From Blastocladiella emersonii ATCC 22665 (taxonomy: Eukaryota; Fungi; Blastocladiomycota): a stretch of 64,000 bases of DNA. The translations under genes were made by a program, and so were the position numbers. Positions within the stretch are counted from its first letter, which is position 1, and every line of letters starts with the position of its first letter. The notes beneath the pieces were generated by a model. The model had not been told where the DNA came from. It saw only the letters and a program-made list of their open reading frames with translations, and did no database searches. Below, in pieces: positions 33,357 through 44,502 of this stretch. The stretch lies in contig JANHCV010000015.1 of NCBI GenBank assembly GCA_025594325.1, positions 372,001 through 436,000 on the forward strand, read 5' to 3'.

Positions 33357-34865
33357 ATGAAACAAAAACGCCGTAACCGCAGCAACAAGAAGTCGAGCAA
33401 CGCCGAGTCGCCGCAGTTTGGCCTCGGCGCCCTGCTCCACACGCTGGCCGGCCCGAAGCTCCTGCAGCTCGCCAAACCGCGCCGCGCTGTCGCCGCTGCG
33501 TCCGGAGCCTTGCGCGATGCTGCGCGCGACGACTCCGTCGTCGTGACTTGGACCACGCGCACCGTGCTTGCCCATCCTGCTCCTAGCTGGGCACAGGACT
33601 CGGGCGGTTTCTTGCATGATCTGGTGTCGAGCCCCACGGGCCGCCGCAACACGACGCTTCGCATGGCCGACATGTTCAACTCGATCCTCGAGTCTTATCA
33701 TCAGCTCGATCCCGACGACTGGGCTCCTCCGATTGTGCAGCACGGTCTCTCGCGCGTTTACCTTACCTGCATTGCGCAGCGTGTCGCAGGCGCCCTCGTT
33801 CTCCCGGTCTCGACCAAGAACCTGTCCGAGCAGCTCTCAAAGTCAATCGGCGGCGACCTCACCGACCTGCTTTCCGCCATGCGTCTGGGCTCAAATGCCA
33901 AGAAGACAAAGAAAAAGAGCGCTCAGCCCCGCCCGCTCTCGCAGTCGCCCGTCGGACTTGCCGTGATTCTGTGTCTCTTCCTGACCATGGCCGGCGACGC
34001 GGACCTGCTCGGTCACTTTCTCGGCGAGCTTCTCGAACATGCTCCTGGCCTGCTCTCCACGCCCGTCGAGCCGCACGTGTGGAACTCGATCGACGATAAC
34101 GTGTTCGACCCACAGGAAATGCTTCGGTACCCGGACCCGCTCAAACCTGAGGGCGCGATGTCGTGGGAGCCCAAGGTTAACCTCACCCGGCCAATCAAGC
34201 CAACGCTCCTCGAGGTGCTTGCCGGCAACGCGATCGCGGCGTTCAACGACGGCGTGCGCGCTCTCGTCGCCCAGCCGCGGTTCGGCATGGACGGGCGCCG
34301 CTTCGTCGAGGACTTTCTCAACTCGCGCGGGCCCCGGCACTTCCAGCACGCGCGCATTCGCACTCAACCCGTGACGGCGGCCGGCGTCAAGGCGATCCAC
34401 GACTGGCTTGTCGCGCATGGGTGGCGCGACTCGGACCCTCGCACGCAATACGACGGGTCGACGTGCCAGTGGTTCACCGACGGACCGTACCACGAGGTAG
34501 TGCTTGCCGTGTTCGAGCACTTTGACGTTCCCTTCCACAAGGCGACCAAGTGGGAGCAACTCGGCGAGGTCCGCCACACGGTCAAGGACATGTTCCGCGA
34601 CTTCGGCATGCCCAAACCCGCGCTTCTCGAAAAGAATCGCAAGGCGCGGCTGTACGGTGGCCGCGAGCGCAGCGACTTGACCGACCGCGAGTGGGCCGCC
34701 CGCTGGGGCTTGTACGACGACGATGGTATCGACGACGATGACGACGACGACGGCTTCTATGATGATGACGACGACGAGTACGACTCGGACGACGATGATT
34801 CCGAGGAGTACGACTTGGACGAGGTCGACTCGGACGATGCGGACTCGGACTGGGAGGACGAGTAA
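33357..34865 (+). CDS. Orphan tandem family copy 1 (intact; possible F-box-like N-terminus; Asp-rich tail)
   Basis: ctgcaATG start and intronless ORF; colinear with copy 2 along its whole length; D-rich C-terminus. Confidence 0.8.
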   Translation: MKQKRRNRSNKKSSNAESPQFGLGALLHTLAGPKLLQLAKPRRAVAAASGALRDAARDDSVVVTWTTRTVLAHPAPSWAQDSGGFLHDLVSSPTGRRNTTLRMADMFNSILESYHQLDPDDWAPPIVQHGLSRVYLTCIAQRVAGALVLPVSTKNLSEQLSKSIGGDLTDLLSAMRLGSNAKKTKKKSAQPRPLSQSPVGLAVILCLFLTMAGDADLLGHFLGELLEHAPGLLSTPVEPHVWNSIDDNVFDPQEMLRYPDPLKPEGAMSWEPKVNLTRPIKPTLLEVLAGNAIAAFNDGVRALVAQPRFGMDGRRFVEDFLNSRGPRHFQHARIRTQPVTAAGVKAIHDWLVAHGWRDSDPRTQYDGSTCQWFTDGPYHEVVLAVFEHFDVPFHKATKWEQLGEVRHTVKDMFRDFGMPKPALLEKNRKARLYGGRERSDLTDREWAARWGLYDDDGIDDDDDDDGFYDDDDDEYDSDDDDSEEYDLDEVDSDDADSDWEDE

Positions 34866-35012
34866 CGATCTTGCTACGCTCCGAATGTCCGCGCCTGTTT
34901 CGTGAGTTTAGTTCGTCGTTTCTATAATAAAGAGTGGCCCCGCGCGACGCGAGGTTGTTCCACAATAACTCAAAAACTTGTCGAATCCGGGCGCCTGCCT
35001 GACGTTGAGGGA

Positions 35013-35031
35013 CGCGCTGCGCCACCACGTG
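35013..35031 (+). promoter_or_regulatory. Composite motif CGCGCTGCGCCACCACGTG
   Basis: One mismatch to the 19-mer at 32954, 36746 and 38035. Confidence 0.65.
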
Positions 35032-35282
35032 GCCTGGTCAGGATCAGCGGGCCCGAAGGACTGTCACGAATCCGCTTCAATCACAGGTTTCTCTCAATTT
35101 GACAGGACGATCTGTGAGAAACTACGACTGACACAGCGCGCAACACCGCAGCTTGCGGCCCACGCGGTGCACTGACGCACGTGCCACGCGTTGATCCGCG
35201 TTCGTGCATTTCTTGCCCCGGGCGCCACCGCTCTCGTCCTCTCTCTCCCTAACGCTCCAAACGAGACACACCACACACTGCA

Positions 35283-36629
35283 ATGAATCAAAAGCTTTGC
35301 AACCGCAACGCTGACAAGTCGAACGAGTCGACGCAGGATGGCCTCGGCGCGCTGCTTGACGCCTTGGTCGGCCCGAAGATCCTGCAGCTCGTCAAGCCGC
35401 GCCGCGCCGTTGCCGCTACGTCTTCTGCCTTACGTGACGCCACGCGCGACGAGTCTGTCATCGTGACTTGGACCACGCGTACGGTTCTCGCGCACCCCTC
35501 CTCTGGCGACCGCAGCGGCAAGTTGAACACTTTGGTGTCGAGTCCCATGGGCTGCTGCAACACGACGCTCCGCATGGCCGCAATGTTCCAGTCGATCATC
35601 GAGTCTTACATTCAGCTCGATCCAGAGGACTGGGCGCCTCCGATTGTCCACCACGGTCTCTCGCGCGCGTACCTCACTTGCATTGCCCAGCGCGTGGCTG
35701 GCGCGCTCGTCCTTCCCGTCACCACGGCGGGCCTCTCCGAGCAGCTCTCGCAGTCCCTTGGCCGTGACTTCTCCAACCTGTTTGCCGATCTGCGCATTGG
35801 TGCCAAGCTCGAGCTTGCGGAGGCCGCTGATCCCCGCTCTCTCTCAAAGTCTCCAGTCGCACTCGCCGTCGTCCTGTGTCTCTTTCTGACCGTGGTCAGC
35901 GACGTGGGCCTGCTCCGGCACTTTCTCGGCGAGCTTCACGCACGCGCCCCGGATCTCCTTTCCACGCCCGTTGAGCCGCACGTGTGGAACTCGATTGGTA
36001 GCAACCTCGGCTCAAACTTCTATGTGCTCGAGTACCCCGACCCGCAGAAACCCGGCAGCCAGTACGTGCGGCCGTGGGAGCCCAAATTCGACCTGACGCG
36101 GCCGATTCGGCCAACGCTCGTCGAGGTGACTGCCGCCATGGCGCTGGTTTCCTTCAACCACGGCGTGTTTGGCCTGGTCACGGAGCCGCGGTTCGGAATG
36201 GACGGGCATCGCCTCGTCCAAGATTTCCTCAACTCGCGCGGACCGCGACACTTTCAGCACGCGCGGGTCCGCACCCAGGTCGTGACAGCGGCGGGCGTCA
36301 AGTCCATCCACAAGTGGCTGCTCGCGCGCGGATGGCGCGATTCGGATGAGCTGACGCAGGGCGACGGGTCGACGTGCCAGTGGTTTATGAACAGCTACCA
36401 GCACGACGTCGTGCTAGCCGTCTTCGAGCACTTTGACGCTCCTTTCCACAAGGCGACCAAGTGGGAGTCCATCGGCGAGGTGCGCCAGTACGTCAAGGAG
36501 ATGTTCCGCGACTACGGCCTCCCAAACCGCCAGCTCCTTGACAAGTTCCGCAAAGCGCGGCTGTACGGCGGCCGCGAGCGCTCGGATTTCAACGACCGCG
36601 AGTGGATGAGCTACGCGTACGGTTACTAA
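35283..36629 (+). CDS. Orphan tandem family copy 2 (intact, no acidic tail)
   Basis: 448-aa intronless ORF sharing TWTTRTVLAHP, STPVEPHVWNSI, DFLNSRGPRHFQHAR and FHKATKWE with copy 1. Confidence 0.8.
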   Translation: MNQKLCNRNADKSNESTQDGLGALLDALVGPKILQLVKPRRAVAATSSALRDATRDESVIVTWTTRTVLAHPSSGDRSGKLNTLVSSPMGCCNTTLRMAAMFQSIIESYIQLDPEDWAPPIVHHGLSRAYLTCIAQRVAGALVLPVTTAGLSEQLSQSLGRDFSNLFADLRIGAKLELAEAADPRSLSKSPVALAVVLCLFLTVVSDVGLLRHFLGELHARAPDLLSTPVEPHVWNSIGSNLGSNFYVLEYPDPQKPGSQYVRPWEPKFDLTRPIRPTLVEVTAAMALVSFNHGVFGLVTEPRFGMDGHRLVQDFLNSRGPRHFQHARVRTQVVTAAGVKSIHKWLLARGWRDSDELTQGDGSTCQWFMNSYQHDVVLAVFEHFDAPFHKATKWESIGEVRQYVKEMFRDYGLPNRQLLDKFRKARLYGGRERSDFNDREWMSYAYGY

Positions 36630-36745
36630 GCGGTGTTGCCCAGAACACGAATGGGACAGAATCGAGTTGTGATGCAGCTTTATCAATAACATGGCTTCGC
36701 GGCCGAGTGTTTCTTTCACGAGACCCCAAGCACTCGCGCCGCGGA

Positions 36746-36764
36746 CGCGTTGCGCCACCACGTG
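36746..36764 (+). promoter_or_regulatory. Composite motif (A)CGCGTTGCGCCACCACGTG
   Basis: Exact 19-mer; with the preceding A it forms ACGCGT (MCB-like). Confidence 0.65.
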
Positions 36765-37047
36765 GTCTGATCAGGGCCACGGACGGCGAAGCGGAGCCGC
36801 TGAATTCTCGCGAAGCCGCTCCGCTTCAGGCTTCGCTCAAACTGACATGCGAGTACTGGTGGATTCACGAAGGTCTCGCGACTGACCGACAGACAGCGTG
36901 CGACGCGGGGCACTTCTGCACGTGCCTCGCAGTCGCGAGGCTTTGAGCTGGGCTTGGAGCGGGGCTTCGAGTCAACTTCGTGCCGCCATCGTGCTCGCTT
37001 TCTCCCCGACCAAATTGGTACGAGCGCCAAGCACCACACTCGTTGCA

Positions 37048-37891
37048 ATGAAACAGAAGCGTCGTAACCGGTGCAACAGCGAGGAGTCGGACAAATCGAC
37101 GCAGCTCGGCCAGGGCTCCCTGCTTCATACTTTTGTCGGCCGGATGGTCCTCCAGCTTGTCACGCCGCGCCGCACCATTGCCGCTGCGTCTGCCGCCTTG
37201 CGCGACGTTGCGCGTGACGACTCGGCCATCGTGACTTGGACTACGCATGCGGTTCTTGCCCATCCTGCTCGCCGCTGGTACCACCGTGGGCAAAAACCTC
37301 GGCTCCAAGTACCTGCTCGAGTACCACGACCCGCTGGAGCCCAACAACGTGCGCGCGACGCTGCAGGCGTCCAAAGTTGACCTGCGCGGCCGATTCGCCC
37401 AACGCTGCTTGAGGTGCTCGCCGCCATGGCAATCATCTCCTTCAACCACCGCGTTCTCGAGCTTGTCTCGGAACCGCGGTTCGGCATGAATGGGCGCCGC
37501 TCCGTCCAAGACTTTCTCAACTCTCGCGGCCGCCGCGAACTGCGCAACATGAACATCCGCAGCCAACCGGTGACGGCGGCCGGCGTCAAGTACATCCATG
37601 ACTGGCTTCTCGCGCGCGGTTGGCGCGATGAGGATCCGTTCACGCAGGGGGACGGGATGACGTGCCAGTGCTTTCTTGCTCAGCGATTACGACGTGCTTC
37701 TTGCCGTCTTCGAGCACTTTGACGTCTCGTTCCACAAGGCGACCAAGTGGGAGTACGTTGGCGAGATTCGCCAGCACGTCAAGGAAAGGTTTCGCGACGA
37801 CGGAATTCCGGACGAATGGCTCCTCGACAAGTTCTACGAGGCGCGGCTATATGGCGGATACGAGAACTCGGATTACACTGACTATGAGTAG
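37048..37891 (+). pseudogene. Orphan tandem family copy 3, with an internal deletion and several frameshifts
   Basis: MKQKRRNR...TWTTHAVLAHP jumps directly to the NLGSKYLLEYHDP region. Homology then continues in three further frames (37247, 37414 and 37676 ORFs). Confidence 0.85.
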
Positions 37892-38034
37892 CTGACCGGT
37901 GCCTTTGGCCTCTAGGAGGTGTTGCACAAGCGTACGAATGGGACGGAATCGATGTGCCGCAGTTTTATTAATAACATGGCTTCGCGGCCGAGTGCCTGTT
38001 TCACGATGGCTCAAGGATCTTTGAGCGCTGAAGA

Positions 38035-38053
38035 CGCGTTGCGCCACCACGTG
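38035..38053 (+). promoter_or_regulatory. Composite motif, orphan copy with no family gene downstream
   Basis: Exact 19-mer preceded by the same non-coding block as 36650-36745; similarity to the other units ends just after it. Confidence 0.6.
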
Positions 38054-38079
38054 AGCATCAAACCACCATAACATATATT

Positions 38080-39058
38080 CTACCCCGACGCCTCGATCCG
38101 GCCGACCAGCGGCGCCCATCTCAACTCTTGCGTCTCCTCCTCCTCGCCAGCTCTCGCATACCTCCTCACCGCCGCCATCCGCTTCATACACAAATCTACG
38201 ATCGACACCATTCCGTGCTCCTCGGCCTCGACGATCCACGCCCACCCAGCCGTCCGCCACCACGCCTGGACCGGACTATCCTTGACCATGGCCTCGATCG
38301 CCGCCGCAGGCATACGGACGGGCAGTCCCGACGCCCGCCACCACTCAAGCACGCTTGTGTGGCCGTTGCTGCTCGCGAGCTCGACAGCCATGGCCGAGTA
38401 CTTGACGCCGCGGCGCGCCGCGAACAGCCACCAGTCGAGGACGCGCGCGTGTCCGTTGGCCGAGGCGAGGACCATGGCGTCGGCGGGACACTCGACGGCG
38501 GCGTTGTTATGGGCGGATCGCCACCAGTCGAGGACAGCGACGTGGCCGGCGCAGCTCGCGGCGACCAGCGGTTTCGGGCCCGCTGCTGCGACTGCATCGG
38601 GCCGCGCTTGGAGCCAGATGTCGAGCACCTCGACGCGTCCTGCTCCGCTCGCGAGTTCGAGTGCGCGGACCACGGCTTCGTTTGACAACCCTCCCGCGCC
38701 GACCGTCTTGCACCACCACGCGAGCACGTCCGCGCGTCCGTGGAGACTCGCCGTCTCGGGACACGCGTCGTGCGGGCCGAAATCTGCGGGCCAGGTACGG
38801 TGCAGCATGATCAGGCGGTCAACGCGGCCCGCGGCCGCGGATTCGGCGATGGTGCAGCCGGGGAAGACGGCGAATGCTGCGCGCTGGACCCGTGTCAGGT
38901 GCGGGGCGACGGCGAGGTACTGGCGCAGCTCGTGGGCGAGCTTGGTACGCGCGGGGGTCCGGTCGAGAGCGACGAGCGACGCGTAGGCGCGCGACGCGCG
39001 GTCGATGCACGCGACGAGAATGAGCTCGATGAGTTCGATGGGGAGGTGGGAGATTCAT
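38080..39058 (-). CDS. F-box-like + ankyrin-like repeat protein with an apparent frameshift right after the ATG
   Basis: HLPIELIELILVAC (F-box-like) is in frame with repeated ASxxGxxxVLxWW units, but the ATG at 39058 is in another frame. Confidence 0.65.
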
Positions 39059-39505
39059 CGTGTTGTCGTTTGGATAGTGGTGCGAAGAAGCGGGCCTACC
39101 ACGTATTTGAACTTCCCGCTCTTGTCGATGGCCGGCACCCGTGTCCGATGACTCTCGCGGGTGCGGTAAGGCAGGGACCCAACCGATGGCGGCGGATAAT
39201 GGATCGCGGTGGGGGTGGGCGACTCGTGGTCGGGGCTTGGCGGTCCGCGGCGGCTTGCTCGCGGACCTCGATTCAGTGGATACGCCGCGGTGTTGCTACC
39301 AGCTGGAGCACGCTCATGGATCAGACCGTTCATCACAACTCGACGCGTTTCATCACTCGTCAATCGATCCACTCACACGCTGATTCATGCCTCGCGCGCC
39401 CGCTTGGGCTCGGCAAACGGGCTCAGGTCGAGCTCGGGCGCAACCTCGAGCCGCTGGCGCGCGGGGACCAGGACATTGCGGCCGATGCGCGACTTGCACA
39501 CCCAG

Positions 39506-40447
39506 CTACGCGTCGCGTCGCCGCCACGCGTCAGTCTCCACCTCGTCCATCGACCTCACACCCGCGTACCTCTTGACCTTGACGATCCCGCGCCGCTTCT
39601 TCTCGCTGGCCCGCTGCGGCCGCGCTCCGAGCAGCGCGCGGTACGCCTTGCCCAGGACCTCAGTCCACTCGACACCCATCTCGCGCTGCCGCTCGCGGTC
39701 CCGCCCGTGCTCCGCCTGCTCGACCGTGACCTTCCGCTGCCGATGCACGCGCACGCGGTACTGGAACTGCGACATGCGCCACTGCTGCGCACCCCCATCA
39801 ACCGCGCACGTACCTCCTGGGTACTTGGCGGCGAGGCGCGACGGCGTGCGTTCGACGGCGACGTGGATCGACGCCGCGTCGTCGTTGTCACCCGAAGCCG
39901 GGTACTCGGCGCGCACGAGAACACAATGCGACGTTGATTCGGGCGTCAGCGGGCGCGCGGTCGGCGGCGGCGGCGGTGTGGAGGGCGGCGGGAGCGCGGA
40001 TTCGGCTGCGATGATGGATTTCTACCCCCACGCGCGCGATCAGACACACGCGCTTGGACGCGAACCACGCTCCCAAAAACGTACCACAGCCATCATCCGC
40101 GCGCCGCGGCCCGCCTCAGACGCGAGCCAGCGGCACACGGCCGCGTTACTTGACGCCGCTGTCCCATCGCCGCCGCCGCCCGCGGCTGCAGGCGCGTCGT
40201 CGGCGACGCTCACGACGACGTGCACGATGCGCGGCGCGTCGGGCGCGGTGAGCGGGGTCACGACAAACAGGTCGTTGGTCGGCAGACGCAGGCTGTGCGT
40301 CGCGAGCGTCAGGGGCGCGGCGGCGATCGAGGCGATGGCGGTTGTCGTCGCGGTGGGTTTGGGGCGGTGCACGACGACGGCGGCCGTGGTGGTGCGTCGC
40401 GGTGCGAGGGCGGTCGTGGTCGTCGTTGATGGCATGGTTGATGGCAT
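39506..40447 (-). CDS. Hypothetical protein; 2 exons
   Basis: A phase-0 intron (gtacgt...gtag, about 40082-40020) joins ORFs 40040..40447 and 39506..39916 in frame; no family recognised. Confidence 0.5.
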
Positions 40448-40679
40448 GAGGCGAGGGAGGGGAGAGCTAAAGATAGCCCGAGACGCTGGTTAGCGCTCCG
40501 CCACCCGAGCTACGCTTGCAGCTTGCAGGGCGGCGGGTAAAGATGCGGTTGAGACAACACGTTTCGGGTGAATCGAAGCGCTCGCTGTTCTCGCGACGGG
40601 CCTTGTCGCCCTCATCGCTCGCCGATCCTCGCTCTCTCTCCCAACAACCGACCGCCTTTGCAACGTAGCACACACAAGA

Positions 40680-41584
40680 ATGATGACCAACCGCCACGGC
40701 CAGCTGACCGCCGAGTCGGTCCTGTTCTCGTCGTCCTCCTCGTCCTCGTCCTCGTCCAAGGCGGCCAAGACGTACGGCCGCAAGGACAAGAACCTGGCCA
40801 AGACGGCGCACCTGCGCATCTTCCCGGCGTGCAACCTGACCAACGACATTTTCTGGCGCTATTACGCCGTGCTGGCCGCCAACTGTACGATCCTCACGCA
40901 CCGCCTTCACTGCGCGCCTCCTCTGACCCGCCCACCGCGTGTGTAGCCGACTTCACGCTGACGACGCAGGTCGCGCCGACCGACGTCTACGAGTCGGCGT
41001 CGGCCCTCGAGTCGTTCCGCGACCACGCGCTGACGTCGTTCGACGCGGGCTCGGGCACCGGCTTCTTTGTCGTCGAGACGCGCAAGCCGCTGCGCGCCGC
41101 CGACACGGAAGCGGATCCGGCACACCACCACGACTCCACCTCCACGGGCCGCATCATCTCGACCGACGCAGCCCGCGTACTCGGCACGTCGCGCCTGCCG
41201 TTCCTCGGGTACATCTCGCTGCTGCGCGTGCGCGTGGTGCCGACGGACCTGAGCTTCGAGGACGCCGAGTCGGACGTGGCCAAGCTCGAGTTCGGGTTCC
41301 GGCCCGAGCTGGTCGCGGGTGGGCTCGCGGTCGAGGCGCTGCAGCACGTGCTGCTCGACGCCGTGTACGCCAAAAAAGAGGTGCGCAAGGTCGTGGTGGC
41401 GGTGCACCCGGCGAACGCGGCGGCGGCGGGCGTGCTCGAGGGGGTCGGGTTCAAGCACGAGAAGAGTGTCGAGGGGCTCGAGCGGTTCGGGTTCGGGAGC
41501 AACGAGGCCCGCGAGCTGTTCCGCAAGCTCAACCCGATCGACCCGCTCAACCCGGGCGCGGGCGGGATGATGCTGCGCGGCTAG
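40680..41584 (+). CDS. GNAT acetyltransferase, RimJ/RimL-like; 2 exons
   Basis: FLGYISL...EFGFRPE...GGLAVEAL...VVAVHPANAAAAGVLEGVGF follows the Acetyltransf_3 motif A/B pattern. A gtacga...gtag intron joins it to ORF 40680. Confidence 0.7.
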
Positions 41585-41654
41585 ACACCTCGTAGAGATG
41601 GGATCAAATGTGTGTGTGTATAATCAAAATCAATAGCGTGGGTACTTGAAGAAT

Positions 41655-43058
41655 CTACTCCTCGTGCTTGGCGAGCATCTGGCTGCGCAGGCGCGAGTCG
41701 ATGGCGTCCATGAACTCGGCCGTGGTGGCGAACTTGTCGAGGCCCGCAGCGAGGGCGAGGTCCTTGGTCATGATGCCGTCGACGTCGACCGTGTCGATGC
41801 ACGCCTTCTCGAGGGTGGCGCAGAAGTCCGCGAGCGCCGGGTTCCCGTCGAGGGCGGCGCGGTGGGCGAGGCCGCGGGTCCAGGCGAAGATGGACGCGAT
41901 CGGGTTGGTCGACGTGGCCATGCCCTTCTGGTGCTGGCGGTAGTGGCGGGTGACGGTGCCGTGGGCGGCCTCGGCCTCGATGGTCTTGCCGTCGGGGGCG
42001 ACCAGGACCGAGGTCATGAGGCCAAGCGACCCGTAACCCTGGGCGAGCACGTCCGACTGCACGTCGCCGTCGTAGTTCTTGCACGCCCACACGAACCCGC
42101 CCTCGGACTTGATGGCCTGCGCGACCATGTCGTCGATCAGGCGGTGCTCATACCAGATCTTCTTGGCCTCGAACTGCGCCTGGTACTGCTTCTCGTAGAT
42201 GTCGGCGAAAATGTCCTTGAACCGGCCGTCGTACTTCTTGAGGATCGTGTTCTTGGTCGACAGGTACAGGGGCTCGCCGCGCTTGAGGGCGAGCTGGAAG
42301 CACGCGTGCGCGAAGGCCTCGATGGACGCGTCGATGTTGTACATGGACAGGGCGACGCCGGGGCCCTCGAACGTGTACACCTTGCGCGTCACGGGGGCAC
42401 CGCCGTTGGCGGGCGTGAAGACGAGCTCGAGGGTACCGGGCTCCTCGACGACCATGTCGGTGGCGCGGTACTGGTCGCCGAACGCGTGGCGGCCGATGAC
42501 GATGGGCTTGGTCCAGCCGGGGATCAGGCGCGGGATGCGCTCGAGCAGGATGGGCTCGCGGAACACGGTGCCGTTGAGGATGTTGCGGATGGTGCCGTTG
42601 GGCGACTTGTACATTTCCTTGAGCCCGAACTCCTGCACACGCGCCTCGTCGGGCGTGATGGTCGCGCACTTGATGCCGACGTTGTACTGCTTGATGGCGT
42701 TGGCGGCGTCGACCGTGACCTGGTCGTTGGTCGCGTCGCGGTGCTCCATGCCCAGGTCGTAGTACTTGATGGGCACGTCCACGTACGGCAGGATCAGCCG
42801 CTCGCGGATCCACTTCCAGATGATGCGCGTCATCTCGTCGCCGTCCAGCTCGACGACCGGGTTCGCCACCTTAATCTTGGGGATCGTGGTCGTGGTCGCG
42901 GCGGAGGCCACAGCGGCGGTGGCGGTGGTGGTCGACACTACGGAACGCGCGCGAAGAGGGACAGGGTCAGCAAGATGTTCGCTTGATAGTCCACACGAGG
43001 CGGCGGGCGACACTCACTCGACCGGCGCAGGCCGTGCATCAGGGAGCGGGCGAGCATG
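41655..43058 (-). CDS. IDP1: NADP-dependent isocitrate dehydrogenase, mitochondrial; 2 exons
   Basis: [50 protein letters not shown]. Intron 43017-42938 adds the presequence [14 protein letters not shown]. Confidence 0.97.
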
Positions 43059-44502
43059 GTGTGGTGTATGACTGTTGCGTTCAGTTCAGTAGCGGTGCAT
43101 GAGCGGGTGAGGTGAGCGCAGAGGGGGAGAGCGGGAACGCGTCGCGGGTGGGCCCGACCACATCAACACGTTGGAGCGACCGGCTGACCAACTCGCCCGC
43201 CCATGACTCGCCCGCCTCGCCGACCGCCGCGTACGCGACCGACCGACGCGGAGACATACGGAACGCCGCGAGCGACGCCACGATAACGCGAATTCGCTCA
43301 CGCCCGCGGATTCGCCATTGGCTCGCCCGTCGCCGAGGCGCGGCTTATCTGGCGCACAGATAATCGCTGGGGCGAGTCATCGTCGTCGCCGGCGGCAGCC
43401 ACGCGCGAGGCGCAGCGCGTGGTGCGCGAGTCACCATCGCCGAGGAGGGGAGGGACGAGAGAAAGGGCGGAGCTGCCGCGTCCTCGCTCTCTCGCGCTCC
43501 GCGCCGCGGTGCAGGATGTGCATGGATGATCGACCACGCGCAACCGGCAAGGGCGAGCACGGCGCGCACATCCCCCACGCCTGGGGAGCGATGCGCAGGG
43601 CGACAGCGCGAAGGCGAGGGCGAGGGCGAGGCAAGTGGGCGCGCGCGCGGACAACCGCAGGGATGGGATCGAGGAGAACGAGGAAGCGAAGCGAGTGGAT
43701 CGACGTACTGATGGAGAGGTGATACACGCGGTGAGGGCGAAGGAGGAAGGGAGAGAGGAAGCGATGCACCTCTCGCTCTTGAACCCTCCGACGGCGACGT
43801 TGACGCTGACGGTGGCGGCGGCGTTCGCCACACACGCGCTCTTTGGCCGTCGACGCGGTTCGCTCGCTAAGGCTGCGTCCCACCCGTTCTGCCCGCCCAG
43901 TGTGGCACAGGGGGCTGGGCCAGAGGTTGGGGGTGATGTCGCCGGTCGCCCGCCGTGGGGCCGCTCGCTTTTCATCGCCCTGCTCGTGCGCTCATCCGCC
44001 CGCTCGGGCCGCTCGGAACACCGCCGGATGCGGGTGCAAAGGTCAGCTGCCCGCGCCGCCCCGCCTCCGCCGGCATCACCGTGCCGGACATGACGCGCGC
44101 CGTGCCGGATCTCGACGCGTTGGTGATGGCGGAGCGGCGGCGGCTTCCGACGCCAAGGGCATCACGGCGAGGATCACGCGCGCCGAGGGCGTCGGTGGCC
44201 TTGCATGAACCCGCCGCGGAGACGAATTCACACGGTGCGGCGGCGCGGCGCGGGGGACCTGCCGCGCGCACGCCGGCTGCTGCAAGGGACGACGCGGCGT
44301 GCATGTCGCGCAGGACACCGGGCGTGAAGCGAAAGCGTGTGGCGCCGATCGTGGCACGTGAGCGATTCCAATGACAGCCCCGCAGCGTGACCCGCAGTTG
44401 TCTCTCGCTTTTCTTGCTCCACCCACCTCCAACCTTGCCCCTCTCGAATCACGGCCGATCCACCGCCCATCGCGCCCGCGCGACTCCATGCAATCGACCA
44501 CC

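Noticed and set aside
36786-36836. Inverted repeat gaagcggagc...gctccgcttc (possible hairpin or ncRNA)
   Set aside because: A 10-bp GC-rich stem that is not preserved in the equivalent position of the other units; compatible with chance.
32954-38053. Regularly recurring 19-mer as a CRISPR-like array
   Set aside because: Spacing is 1.3-2.1 kb with whole genes in between, in a eukaryotic intron-containing context; no cas genes.
7-39372. Systematic TGA readthrough or an alternative genetic code suggested by in-frame TGAs at 265 and 39055
   Set aside because: Several conserved genes here (for example UTP10's neighbour RAD18, EXD2-like, WDR83 and TMEM42) end normally at TGA; isolated lesions in island genes are the simpler explanation.
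43060-44500. ORFs in the IDP1 divergent intergenic region (and likewise 9410-10280 and 61230-62500)
   Set aside because: Low-complexity translations, purine/pyrimidine-skewed promoter-like sequence and no codon bias; treated as bidirectional promoters.
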